Shown in pieces: positions 38,542 to 51,489 of a stretch of DNA of 64,000 nucleotides. Made by a program: the position numbers and the translations under genes. Within the stretch, counting starts at the first letter, position 1. The number at the start of each line of letters is the position of its first letter. The DNA is from Takakia lepidozioides (lineage: Eukaryota; Plantae; Bryophyta). The notes under the pieces are model-generated. The model saw nothing but the letters and a program-made list of their open reading frames with translations, was not told the DNA's origin and ran no database searches. The DNA is taken from the NCBI GenBank assembly GCA_030704615.1, contig CM060731.1, positions 66,650,001 to 66,714,000 of the forward strand, given 5' to 3'.

Positions 38542-41500
38542 TTAAACTCCAAATAATGGTAACGCAATCTTCACAAAGGAATAGACGAGAGCACCCGTGA
38601 AAATATAGCTGTCGACGCGGTCCAAAATGCCCCCTGCCACAAGCCACCCCATAATCCGCACTTGAAAACACTGGCAAGGTTTGGGGCTTTAGACATGTAC
38701 CGTTCAACCTTCAAACACCTGTGCAGGGAGATGTGCAGTCTCTCTGCCTCACTTGCGACAGCTAGAGTGGGAGCTTAACCGTGCATTTGGGATGTTGATT
38801 TTGAGAAGCTATGACAGTTGCTTATAGAGATTGTCACTCATCAGGAGGCATCCAAACCCATCAGTCTATGGTCACAAGGTTGCAGCATAGACTGCTGGAG
38901 TTTGATGCTATGTCAAGGGAAGTGTTACGTTTGAGTACATTCTCTCCCTCCATAATGGTCCATCCTCTGTTTCATTTCCTCTAAATCTTTTCAACCATTA
39001 CATGTGTAGCTTGCAACTGAAATGATCTTGGTGCTAAACCAGGCAAAAGCTCAAACAATACTGCCTCATGCTCTTAAGAATTGTTGAGAAATGGGGAGCA
39101 AGGGTTACCATGCCCAGGGATAAGCTTGCCAGAGTCTTTGACACCTGCGTCGCGTTTGATCATGGACTCTGTCAAATCACCAAAGAGTGATGCCATAAAC
39201 ACCAGCAGTCCCAGCGCCGCCGCACTGTATGAGCCCAAGAACCCACAGTCACTCTCTTCCGTTCTTCAAGAGTCCTAAAACTTGTACTGCCTCTGGACAC
39301 TCATTCATGTGGAGAATTTCCACTTGAAGAGGCCCCATGGGAAACAATACACACCTCAGAATGGACGACGGCCATTGTAGCAAGCGGGCAAGCACCACTG
39401 TCACAATGACTGCAGCACTCAGGCCGACACCTGCACCCTCCAGGGTCTTCTTAGGGCTCACCTCACTGAGAGGGGTTTTCCCAAACACCTGATAAAAGCA
39501 CACACTGGGTCCAAAAATGGTTTAGAGTCCATAACCACATTGCAGGTGAAGGCTGCGACTGAACCTACACTCTGTTGCCAAATGTTGAGCACTCTTGCTT
39601 AGTTAATACAAGAGGTAAGTCCAACTTGACAGTTGTGCCTGACTGCATCATACACAAGGGCTGGACTGGGAATCAGCTGATAGAGAGAGAGAGAAGAAGA
39701 AAAGGTACCTTCACAGCTCCACAAATAAACAGACTGGAGTCATGAAGGGAGAGGCACAAACCCTGCCGCCCATGAAGGCACCCGTGTCAGCAGCAATGAT
39801 GGTGCTGAATGAAATAAGAGTTGCTAGCAACCCCACTGTCCAATGACATGGCCCTCCCAGCAACATAGGCCAACTTGTTGCCAATTCTGCCCTCCCAACA
39901 GAGCACCCAAGTTTAAGAATAGCAATCCAAAAACGCAATGGCACTTCCTTGCTTATGTACACTCCAATAGACATGCATTGTACCAACCCTTCCACAGTAG
40001 ACGGGAGGACCTCCACCCTAGAAGACATGAAATTATATATGACACTTATTTACACTAAGAATAGATAGAACATCACATGTGTGCCTTATCATCGCAAGTA
40101 ATATATGTCAGTGAGTGGTATGTAAATTTGTATCATAATCCCCTGCAACAAATTGTGCTTTGGCGGTGAACAAAACTGCAGGAAGAATTAGAGGCAACTG
40201 AGAGAAAGATGCTATGCACCTAGCTTAGTATAGACAAGGCAACATATAGCCAGAGAGACAGTAGTAAGTAATTCCGAGCTAGAGAGTGACAAAGAACCTA
40301 TGGAAGCTGCGGAACATACTAGTGTGAAGGGCAGGTACAGCCAGGCCGCAGCGGAGCTTGATCCAGAAACAAGGAAGGTAGCCGCAATAGAAGAGACCAA
40401 AGATGGCACTTGAGAGCTGCGAAAAACGGGGGCCTTGTTGAAGCAATAGCACAGCAGCCAACAGAAAGGATGCTGTTGTCACAGCCACTCCTACCCGCCC
40501 CCGAAAATACCTGCCAAGCCATGCGAATCAAATGTACAGAAATATCATTTATTTAGCTGATGTAAAAGAACTGCCTTCTCAATCTTTGACCAGATTGTGA
40601 AAAATTCAAGATTCTGAAGAGAACCAGGTTTTGGGAGGTCTGGACCATAAGCTCCTACCTAAAGCTCTAAACTACAGAAAACCAGGGAGTCCTTCAGATG
40701 AGGATCAGCACGCACACTAACTGCATCCCAGAGTTTGACCATTTGGATGTCCAATTTCTGGCTTGATCCACTTTCAGAAGAACAAAGTAGTCCCTTCATT
40801 GTGAAAGTTCCAACAAGACACAAATCTTTGAACCTGCAGGAGATCTTTATGAATATTTCTAAGACTATTTACTTGAGACGTCACTAGCCTTGCCATCCTC
40901 ATCAACCTCCTTGACATCCATCGTTGTGAGCTGTAGAGAGAACCTTCACTCTTAAGTGAAAAACCCTCTCTACTGAAATTATGATGCACATTTCCTAAGT
41001 GCATATGGTTGAGTCTGTCATGCCTACAACCTGCCAGCCTAAAAAATTACTCTTTAAAATTGAAAGCACTAGTAGGAAAATTCAACCCCTGGTCTCACAT
41101 GGTCGGACTGCGCAAAAATTACTGCTGATTATGTCTCTTCCTCTCTCATTCAAAGGTAACTTTTGAAGGTAAGAGACGTACAAAGTCATGAGAGGCATAG
41201 CTGCACAAATCGCTGAACAGACTTTAGTTGCAACTGGCGGAGGGGGTGTCATACCCTGTGTAATGCCCTTGCTTTGTACGAGCTCAAAGTACTCACCTGT
41301 AGCCACCCAGATTGCAGCAGCCATAGCCACTGTGAACACCCAGCCTCCTGCTAGGACTGCGCCAAGCACACCCACCCCAATAATCACTCCAAATACCACA
41401 CGGTTTCTTAGTTGTCCCCGCTGTTGCTGCAAAGGCGAGGAGCTAGGAATCATACTCCTGGAGGCATCTTCCATACCTTTCCTGTCATGCACCTGCCATG

Positions 41501-42080
41501 ACAAAACGGTTGATCATCTGTCAAGCATTTCTTTGCAAGATAATTCTTGGGATAGTTCAATCCCCAATGGTGTCTACATCCGTCCATATGTCCATCTATG
41601 TCTGTCTGTTACACAAACAGAATGTTAGAGAAAGTTGAAGGAAGAGAGGGCAAACACCTCAAGAGGAAGGCCCTCGCCATTCGGATGATCGTTATCCGCT
41701 CTCACGGCTCCACTCAGAAACTGCCTTTCTCCTCTGTCATCACGCCTCTCGCCGCAGTACGACTGTACAAGTTGAAGCTTCTTGGTCGACAATGGCCATC
41801 GACATGACCTCCTTGAGAAGGGGCCCGGTAGAAAGCCAAAATGAAAAGAATGTCGAATGGGGCTCGGGCACCTCAACAGGCTGGATTGGGCGATTGGCCC
41901 AGCACCATTGAAATGGAGAGAAGGTAGGGAGGGTGCCGCTGCAGTTCGGGGCAGTTGGGAGTATGGTGTGCGGAGAGCTGAGGAACGAGAGAGGAAAGAA
42001 GCTGACGAAGGCCAAGCTGCCGAGTGGTTCCTGGAAGCAGGTCCAGCAGAACATGCAACAGCTGTGCAGGCCCCGTACAT
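38542..42080 (-). CDS. CDS: Phosphatidate cytidylyltransferase (CDP-diacylglycerol synthase), plastid CDS4/CDS5-like, ~463 aa, 7 exons
   Basis: Exons 42080-41658, 41492-41182, 40510-40320, 39886-39762, 39488-39355, 39224-39109, 38633-38542 join in frame (1392 nt). Signature [28 protein letters not shown] and VSPKKTLEG. The Ser/Ala/Arg-rich N-terminus resembles a transit peptide. Confidence 0.95.
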
Positions 42081-43539
42081 GGTAACAACGACGTCCTCTT
42101 TCTCTGTATATCTCACCAATGCTGCCGGGCTGTGCGAAATTGGTCAGTGCCTTACATATGGAACGATTCGCAAGCAAAATGTGGCACTGCTCGGGAACGG
42201 AACGGGCCACAACGTATGCATCTAGGTGTTTGATAAAATGCTGTTCACTATGTGAGGTTGACAATTCAGTACAGTGTGAAGACGCAGCAGGCCAATGCAG
42301 ACTTCCATACCTAACGGCTCGTTGTCCTTACACTTATAAAAACTTCGAGAGAACTATTGAAACATTTCCTCTCGGCACAAACCCTATCAGATGCCAGTTC
42401 AACTAGTGAAAACTTGCAATGAGAAAAACAGTTCCTAGAAACAGAGCTATCCAGTGCAGAGCGACCCCTCTCTCTTTCTTTCTTTCTTTCTTACTTGGAT
42501 ACAGAGTGTGGATGCTTGAACAATCGGCCTAAGCAAGAAGGTAGTTGGACAGTTCACCAGTAGCGAACTGAGCAGCGACGCAGGGCGATTGATGTCATGT
42601 TGCAAGTGCGTCAGGTAAGTTGGCAGTGAAGGGATAGTGCCGGGTAGGGAATGCAATGGCCATGCTTTTACGCCTCTGAGGACCGCCGGTAAGAATTCTA
42701 AATTGCCTGTTTTATACCAGTGTTGGGCGGTTCTCAGGTTTCATGGGGGGAGTTCCTGGTAGGTCGAACTTGGCTGTTGGGTCCAACTGGTAGGGCCCGG
42801 GGTAGATTAGGATTGGCCAGGGTAGGTTATAGGGTGGGTATGGGTATTTCAAATTTTGAGATACCCTGGTCCTAGTATGTACAATGGTATGGTTATATTT
42901 TTAATGGATGGTATCTTCGACAATTACATTATATATTAAGGTATTTTAAGGTTAACTTCATGTTATTTTTATATGTCTTTTATATTTGTACCCACAAACC
43001 CCTGTTGTTATTTATAAATTTTTATTTTTGGTGCATGGTTATTTTGGTACATGGTTATATTATGATGATCCATGTTGTAGTGGTTGGGATACATGATGCC
43101 AGCGGCTCAAATCGGTGATGCTAGCGGCTGGGAGCCCAAAGATATAGTGTTATTTTTTACATTGTACAAATGTGAATGAGGATAAGCACAAAATGATTTT
43201 GTATCATTACACATACCCATGCTAGCTTGGGTTCATCAATCTTCAATACGAGTCTCAAGCCAAGTATGAAAATAGTTCATGCTTGGTATGGTAGGTAGGG
43301 GTAAGTCCAGTGTTCAAAACCCCGGGTCCAGGGTATAGCCGGGGTATACGCGCCAAGACATACCCAACTGGTATGGTCTACAATACCCTTACTCATATCA
43401 GTACACATACCCCCCCCCCCCCACTGGCACATACCAGTGCAACACCGGAAAACACAGTGGAGGTTTCCCTTATGTAACATATGCATTTCATGATCATGAT
43501 CATGCACATTTTAAATAGGCTACTGGAAACTGTGTGATC

Positions 43540-43870
43540 GACGTTCACTCATATAGTGAAAACCATGGTTGAGTTTCCTTGAACTTGCATCCAGTGGAAA
43601 TTTCGATTGAGATGCATCAATTTCATAATGAATGGAAACCGTGGTAGACCTAATATGTTTGGAAGAAATCTCAGTCAAGGTTTCCCTGATATATCACTTA
43701 AGTGATATACTTATGTTTGAAGGAAACCGCGGTTGAGGTTTCCCTATCATATCACTTAATACCTTAATGTCTGGAAACCGCGGCCAAGGTTTCCCTGATA
43801 TACCACTTGAATGATAGCTTAATATGTTGGAAGAAATCTTGGTCGAGGTTTCCCTGGCATATCACTTAAA
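43540..43870. repeat. Diverged ~55-60 bp tandem repeat (GGAAACC(G/A)..G..AGGTTTCCCT..ATATCACTTAA), interrupted by element C
   Basis: About five units with an internal GGAAACC/GGTTTCC dyad. The last unit ends exactly where element C begins. Confidence 0.75.
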
Positions 43871-44977
43871 TCGGGGGATGCTTCCGCGTGAGCGCGTGAG
43901 CGTGAGCATGAGAGCGTGTGAGCCTAGGCGGGCTCACGCCACATCATCAATTATTGCCACGTTGGCTGACGGGTCTGACGCCACGTCAGCCGACCTCGCC
44001 AGCGTGCCCGACGCCACATCACGTCATGCCACGTCATTTTCATAGGCATGGCCCTATAACCGCGGACCGAACAGGCAAATGGGGGCCTATAGCCGCGGAT
44101 TGCGCATTTGGCAGATAGGGAACCACGAGGCGAGGTGCAGAAGAGAGTTTAGGGTTTGTTGGTGAATGTTGCAGAATGATAGTGTTTGTAGAGACGAAAT
44201 GGTTGTGGATGTATTAATGTCCAAGTCATCAGTCTACAATGGTCCTCAGATGATTTAATGCCATGCTAATGTGGTATTTTACGTTGTTGTCATCAGCGTA
44301 GAATGGTTGTGGATGAGTTTATGAGGATGAAGCAGAGCCAATGTGGATGGGACACTGCTAATATGGATGAATGGGGATGAATAATTGTGGACAAATGTGG
44401 ATGAAATACCGTGAATGGATGATAGAATGGATGAATGTTGAGCGAGGATGTCATTCTAACATTTATGAAAACCAAGCACAACGATCAATGTCGTTTGCAC
44501 AAACATTAGAAATTGTGCCTAAAATCTGTCCTGAACACTTGATAAGATTTAATGAATGTCTGGCATTTGGGGAAATGTAGACAGATGACAGCAACGTAGA
44601 ATAAGACAACAGAGCAGATGTGAGAGGATCTTTTATGCTGCGACTTTGTCCGAGTGCTTACTGCAACATTCTGGTGTGCAGCACGCTCTTCTTTAGCTGT
44701 CCTCTTCAGTGTCGACACATTGCGAGCCATTTCAGCACTATACTTCCTGCAACGCACCACCTGACCACGCTAAACATGGTTTGGACTCCAATGCTTATTG
44801 CGGCCCCTGCCAATGAGGTAGAAATGTGCACCTATATGTTACGAGAGTATTGCAACTTTCATGGTTTTTCATTAGGACCATTATACAACAACATTCAAAA
44901 TTATTTGAGTCTCGTTTGTGCATGAGGAGGAATTCCGGGTCTTACAACATTGTGTAATAGAAATTGACAAAACGTCT

Positions 44978-45295
44978 GCCTTGTCTTCTTGTTTGACCCA
45001 TAACCAATGTTAGGCATGAGGATCCCGCTTTTGAACTTGCGCTGAAATCGAGAGTCCATACACCATCCACTAGGTGCACTGTCTTCTTGTTTGAACCATA
45101 ACTAATGTTACGCATCAGGATGTTGCCCTTGAACTTGCGTTGAACCCGAGAGTCCCTAGGTGCCTTCTATTCTTGTTTGACCCATAACCAATGTTAGGCA
45201 TGATGAGGCTGCCTTTGAACTTGCGTTGGACCCGAGAGTCAATACATACATCATCCCCTATGTGCCTTGTCTTCTTGTTTGACCCATAACCAACC
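44978..45295. repeat. Four ~80-100 bp tandem units inside element C
   Basis: TGTCTTCTTGTTTGACCCATAACCAATGTTAGGCAT..TTGAACTTGCG.TG..CCCGAGAGTC repeated. Confidence 0.8.
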
Positions 45296-47652
45296 ATTTG
45301 CTGTACATTACAATCAAAGCCTAGAAGCCAGGATATAACTATCCATTGTATGAAGTGCATAGAAGCCACTGTTGTAAATGCATACACGGCACGAAAATGA
45401 GAAACCATCTTTTAACTACATTACAACGAACATGCACAATTTTTATTACAAAGTTATGGAGGGACACAAAATGTCTAAAACTGTGAACATCTGGAGACCC
45501 CCCAAAATGATGAAATTTGCATTTCAGTCACTAGAACTATCCCCTGAAATTTGTGCAATATCATCGACGTAAACCCGAGCTCCGAGGTGCCTGTTGTATT
45601 TTCGAGCACATGGGGGAGATAACATGAAACTCTGTTGACGAGCAATGGCCTCCGCGTAGTCGGGTAGGATGTATGAACGTGGAGGGCTGCACCAGAAGTC
45701 ACTGTGAATAAAAGAGACGTCGACCAAAGGAATAGCTTCCAATATCCTGCCACCAAAAGAACCACAATTGCATTAGCCACCAATAATGGGAAAGGGGGGG
45801 CCATTTTCGCGGGAGAAATTGGATGCTTACAGAAAAATAACTTACTCACATGCGAAATCATCGTCCAAGACTTTGTCGTCCCCTTCGTTGATTTCCACAT
45901 GCACTATACTCTCCTATTGTTGGGCGGCAGGTGCCGGCGCTGGCGCTTCCAAGTTATGGAGGAGGTCATTGAAAATGTCCGCATCCCCTTCCATACCAAA
46001 CAAATGCCTGCCCGCTGCCTTGCAAGCATGGTACGAAACTCCTGCAAGACAGAGTTCTCTCAGGACACATATAAACAAATTTTTTAGCAAGAAGAAAACA
46101 CCGCAGCAGGTTGGGGGTGAAACCTGTGCCAAGAGTGAGGTCCACGATACGCGCCCCCGGATGGGAACAAGTCTCCACAATTGTTTGAATAAATGTTGGG
46201 CTCTTCTCCTTGGCCCCTCTCCATGGTGTGGAGTTGGACTTTCGCAAACACACATTGGAATCCACGTAATTGTAGTGCATGTCGTCCACCACTGGATCGA
46301 ACTTATCGTTGATGAAAGAACCTCCCCCATGAAGCCTGAACTCCTTCACTGTTGTGGGAGTTGAAGCAAGGTGCACTCTGACGAGGCAGACGGCCTCAAA
46401 AAGGTGGGTCTACACACAAGACAACATGAAGCACATATTAGTGAATCCAGAAAAATTCATCTGGAAAGAACAGTGCTTGAAACCTCTGAAAATGAGTGCG
46501 TTGATGCACTCATTTCTGCAGGGGTGAAATGGAACTTTAAAATGAAGCATGCAAGAGAAAATCGATTACCATTTGTCCGGGACAGTCGCATTTTGTCAAG
46601 TACAGGCTGTTCACAATTCCACGTTTTGATGATTTTCATCCCCGAGGCCTTGAGGTAGCTTGCAAGCTCCCGGCGACATTTCGTATTGACCGACTGGATC
46701 ATTACAAGAACCCCTGCATCCAAAAAAAAAAAATTGCAAAATGAAAAGACCCACCGCCAGTACCTCTCATCAAATGCATTTCATGTTGGGCAAGTCCCTG
46801 TGGGTAGGATGTCCGGTATTGGCAGCCCATCCGGAATGTCCACAATCACCATGTCGGCACAACATGGTTTCAGAGAACCATTGACCCAACACTGCCCTTT
46901 CGAAACCTGAAAACAGACAGACGGACAAAATTAAATAACTATCCAAAAGGGAAAACAGTAAAGGAGACAAACAGTGGGAATTGGCTTACCGAGTCAAGGA
47001 ATGCACACAGCTTGCCCCAAGTTTGAGAGGGTTCTCCAGTGTAACCAGATTTTCTGCTTTCCATCATGGCAAGGAATGAATCATTAACAATCTCGCATTT
47101 ACATTCTCGCTGGATTCTGGATGGGTGCTCCACTGCGTCGTATGGCTCAATCCTCCCCTTACGTTTTCGTTCCTTGTTTGCAATTGGGGTCTGCGCTACC
47201 TCACCCCCCGCAGTCTCCCCTTGGGTGGCCTTCTCCTTCCCTTTGTCCTTTGTACCCTTTCTCTTTCCCTTCTCTCTCGCAGGAGTTTTGTTGGCTGCGG
47301 GTTCCTTCTCAGCGAGGTTTCGCAGATTCCTCTTATGCAATTCCTTGTCAGTAAGAGGGGCCAAAGACTCCGCATTGTCGTTCTGGTTCCGTGTTTGCAA
47401 CTCATACCAGGGGCAATCTGATTTCGGAATGTCGAGATACCAGCAGCAGTCTTTCAGGTGATATCTCCCGTAGTCTCTAAGGATGGCTGCCGTGTACATG
47501 GTCTGACTGTTAGAGGGGTCAGACCACAAGTCGATGAAGGCAGGGTACTTACTGAGGTTTTTTCCCGGAATGAGCACGTTCTTGATATACCTACAAAACA
47601 AAAGAGGTGCACTTTTAGACATTGAAGGCAAAAAAACTTATACTGCGGCCCT

Positions 47653-47895
47653 CCCAAAATGCGTGCGTCGACACACACAGTTTGGGGTGCACAAATCCTT
47701 GAGCATGAGGCAACCGAAATACACTCATAAGTACCATATGCAAGAACAGGAGAAAACAAAGGGTTCCATATGCACAAAGTTATCCCTTTTTCGACAGACA
47801 GATATGCCAACGGAACATTGAAATCCATGATGGAGGAGAGAGCACATCTGAGTTTGTGGCCCTCTGAAATTGCGTGCGTTGGCGCACGCAGTTTT
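47653..47895. repeat. Two intronic palindromes (AAATTGCGTGCGTTGACGCACGCAATTT type)
   Basis: At 47653-47686 and 47866-47895, in the intron positionally homologous to the palindrome-array intron of copy A. Confidence 0.75.
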
Positions 47896-49743
47896 TCATG
47901 GCCACAAACTGCCTGTCTACTGATTGCCAAAGAGTGTTTTCAAACATAAGACAAAATTAACGAACCTGTATAGGACCCTCTTCATGGCTCCCTCCGCCCC
48001 GTACTGCTGCTCAAAATCGTTTGTTTGGGAGATTCCTCCATCTCGGGAAAACTCTCTGAAGAATCAGTTGCTCCAAGCTGTGGCCTTCCACTGCCTCAAG
48101 TAATCCTCCAGAGTGTCCTTGGGCACGGTCATGGTAATTTTGTAGTCATAAAGCTGTTTCTCCAGCACCTTGTTTGCACGAGCTTCAATCTGCAGGTATA
48201 CATATGCATGGGTTAGAGTCCATTCATGGGAAGATATTCTCAAAAATTTCAAGCACAGAAAGTCTTGAAAAGTACCTAGCTCCAGTAGGTGGCTTTGTGC
48301 AACCATATATCAAGAACTTGGTCGCTGAAGGGTTTGATGTGCCCGGTGTTCTCATCTCTTTCACCCCTAGGGAAGTAGTATGTATCCTTGACAGTTGGGT
48401 CGGAATTCCAAATCTCCAACCATTTCACTTTCTGGTCAGCTTCCATAGCTGCAGTTGACAGCCGGTGAAGCTTTTCTTGTGTCATCTCCGGTTTGGTGTT
48501 ATTGTTCCAGTGGATCCTCACCTGGTTAAGAAACTCGGGACCAAAATTAGGGTCAGCTATTCTCAGCTATTCTCAGCTGTTTCACGAAAGCGCTCATGAG
48601 CTTCTTCCGTATCTCATTCATCGTAAACTTCATGGCTTCCGCCACTCCCTTGGACGTCCTCAGACCCTCTGGGGTTTTCAAATAGTACTCCGTTTTTCCT
48701 CTCTCTCCAGCTTCAGCTATTTCTTGCTGCAAAACGTAATCCGGAATGAGATCACTTGTTACTGACAATATCCCAACAGACAATGGAAGGCCAGAGTGAT
48801 GGAATACTTATAGTGTACATGTACTCCATGAATGCTTCCATCGTCAGCTTGTACCAGGTATCTGATGTTTTCGATGTCAAACATTTCTTGAATGACTCCG
48901 CACTCAGGATGCTCTTGAATGAATTGAGGGGCATCTGGCCGATATTCTGGATCCTGAATAGTGTGTGAAGAAGGTTCGTTGTCACATGGGCAGTTTCAGT
49001 TCCCCTGTCACATATAGTGGTGTGTCGTCAGTGAGTGCTAAAAGCAAACAGACAGTGAAGGAAAAAATGCGGACAATAACAAGTGAAGAAGACACTTACT
49101 TGTTAACGTCATGCATTGCCGTCAACAGTGTTGTGATCTTGGGATCCAGCACCATTGAGGCCACAGAGTAGTGCCACTCCTCCTTGGTGCTATGATATCT
49201 CTCGATCATGTTCCTCCAGGCAAGCAATCGGTGGTTGCCATCCCACACATGAAACATCTTGCCAGAGAAGGGCTGGGTAACGAGCCTCTTGCAAATGATA
49301 GATTCAAACTCATTGTTTATCTATCGCCAGATAGGATCCCAGCCTCCAACAATGGACTCGTCCACCAACACCTCTCTGCCAGAGGAGTCTGCCAAGGACA
49401 CGTAAACAACAGATTGACCCTCTATGTACCCATGGCAAAAGTCTTGTTCCAACTTTTGAATGTCGTTCGTCAGAGCTAGTCGAACGAAGGGCATGGAGAT
49501 CAAACGGCATATGGGTATCATTATTTTTCCCCCAGGGACGCCCATGGCCTTGATGACTTGGGCAGAATTCACTTTGGAGAAGGAAAGCAGATCTTTCGCT
49601 CTGTCTTCGTATGGCCTGCCATCGTCCTTCTCCTCAACAACCACCAGTTCTTGCTCAATGACTTCGTCCTCTACCTGAGCAGCACCTTTCCTTTTCTTCG
49701 TCTGCACTCAAAACGAAAGGTTACGAATGTAAAAGACTTGCGA

Positions 49744-50411
49744 GAAAATGCATGCTTCAACGCACGCAATTTTCCACCCTCTGAAAGGTACTCATTTCTT
49801 TTCCTACTTCATACCCAATGTCAATCTACTCTCTTCCATAAAAGTATGCAGCAGACATTTAATCTAATCTCCTTGAATAGGCAGAAAGGTGAGTGTGAGA
49901 GAACCTCCTGAAACTGCGTGTGTTGACGCACGCAATTTCTGGGGGTTCTCTCACACTCACCTTTCTGCCTATTCAGGGATTCTGTCTCTATTAACACAAC
50001 ACAGCTGAGAGAAGGCCATGCAGAGAACCTCCAGAAAAATGAGTGCGTCAACGCACGCAGTTTCTGGCAGTTCTCTCGCAGTCACTTTTTTGCCTATTCA
50101 GGGCTTTTCTCTGTTAACCCAGCACAGCTGAGAGAAGGTCATAGAGAGAACATTCAGAAATTGCGTGCGTTGACGCACTTATTTTCTTGAGGTTCTCTGT
50201 ATGGCCTTCTCTCAACTGTCGAACTCTAATCTCAGCTGTCCCTCCTCCTATGCAGTACATGGAAAGTGAGAAGTGGGTCATACCCGGGTTTGGTTGTTAT
50301 GCATTGCCTGCATCCCTGTGGTCTTACTCTGAACGATCAAGCAAAAAAAAACAGAATAGAGGGCAAGAAAATTGCGTGCGCCAACGCACGCAATTTTCAT
50401 GCCCTCTATTC
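49744..50411. repeat. Five intronic palindromes, three extended into long hairpins
   Basis: Cores at ~49744, 49910, 50036, 50157, 50367. Near-perfect inverted repeats at 49870-49979, 50125-50219 and 50355-50411. Confidence 0.9.
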
Positions 50412-50731
50412 TTGACAGAAGATGGCAAATAAGAGAATCACTTGAGGTCCTTTTGCCGAAGAACTCCCAGATGCCTTTGATGTGGCAACAACGGCAGCCT
50501 TCTTAACCTTCGGCGTCGCCTCCTCCTCCACGACATTCTTACCCTCCGGCATGGATTCCTTCGCAAGAGCGTCCGCCTCGTCTGTGTCCATAGCGTCTGT
50601 GTCGTCCTCTGACGCACTCTCATCCCCAACTCATCACGAGCTGGCGGCTGGTCCTCCACCGCCATGTGTTCGGTTTCCAGGGCTGCGCTCTCCTCTGCGA
50701 TCTCCTTCAGTGTCATGTTTCGGCCTTTCAT

Positions 50732-51489
50732 TCTCTCTCTTGCCTTCTTCCTCTCTCGCGTTGAAGTAAAAAAGAATGACTGTCTTCTACGCCTTCCACT
50801 CTCTCGCGCGAAACTTTGTCTCCTTCTACTCTCCAGCTTGAAAAACTATGATCTACTGGAATGAGAGACGTCGTGCGATGAGTAGCAGCGGGGCATCGCT
50901 CTCGGCGGTTATGCATGTATTCACTGCATACGTGTCCCCCTCCTAACGGCACACTCGTCCATTCTGCGGTGGCCGCCGTCTTTCATTATGGAGGTATGGC
51001 CATCGCATGGATTCGATTCGGATGGATGACTAATTTCAGTAGATTTTTTGGATTCTCCTGGATGAACATCTTCCATTCGTTCGACGGCGATTCCTCTTAA
51101 ACCATGTACTCAATGCATGTCGGGTACCACGTGGCTGAACACATTGGGGTGGCATGGGATGTCGGTCTCCGCCGTCATTTCACATGTGACTGTAAAGGCA
51201 TATAACTGCTTAACAACTGTTTTATGAACTGTTCTGACAACTGTTTCTGAAAGGCTCTTTAACGGTATGTCAGCTTTAAAAATAGGTCTTGGCTGACCCT
51301 TCCAGAACGGTTTGGGACATACATGACGTGTTGTTCTTTGCCGACCTCGTTAGTAAAGGTGATGGACTTTTGGGTTTCGGTCTGAAATGCAAAGCATGAG
51401 AAATGTAATCCCCACTATCGTTTGTAATAAGAATCCGCACAGAAGTTGTGGCTTCCGCACTTGTGCGAGGGAATTTCTCTTGCAGCAAC
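50732..51489. promoter_or_regulatory. Putative bidirectional promoter between the MTase gene and the transposase (copy C)
   Basis: Head-to-head arrangement of the two genes, repeated in copy B (56777-57628). Confidence 0.45.

Larger units (their letters stand above)
45914..50731 (-). pseudogene. ParB/Srx-like + N6A/N4C DNA-methyltransferase-like fusion gene (copy C), disrupted
   Basis: Colinear exons with copy A. Motifs KMFHVWDGNHRLLAW (~49215-49260), CADMVIVDIPDG (DIPDG at 46826-46840), PWRGAKEKSPTFIQTIVETCSHPGARIVDLTLGT/GVSYHACKAAGRHLFGMEGD. Stop at 49321-49323 and several frameshifts. Confidence 0.8.

Noticed and set aside
22825-42080. Lipid biosynthetic gene cluster (KCS + CDS)
   Set aside because: Only two genes, 12 kb apart, in different pathways and compartments (ER elongation vs plastid phospholipid). 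Adjacency is likely coincidental.
45914-50731. Bacterial contamination or a restriction-modification operon
   Set aside because: The gene has multiple GT-AG introns conserved between copies, sits inside a plant TE among plant genes, and no endonuclease partner is visible.
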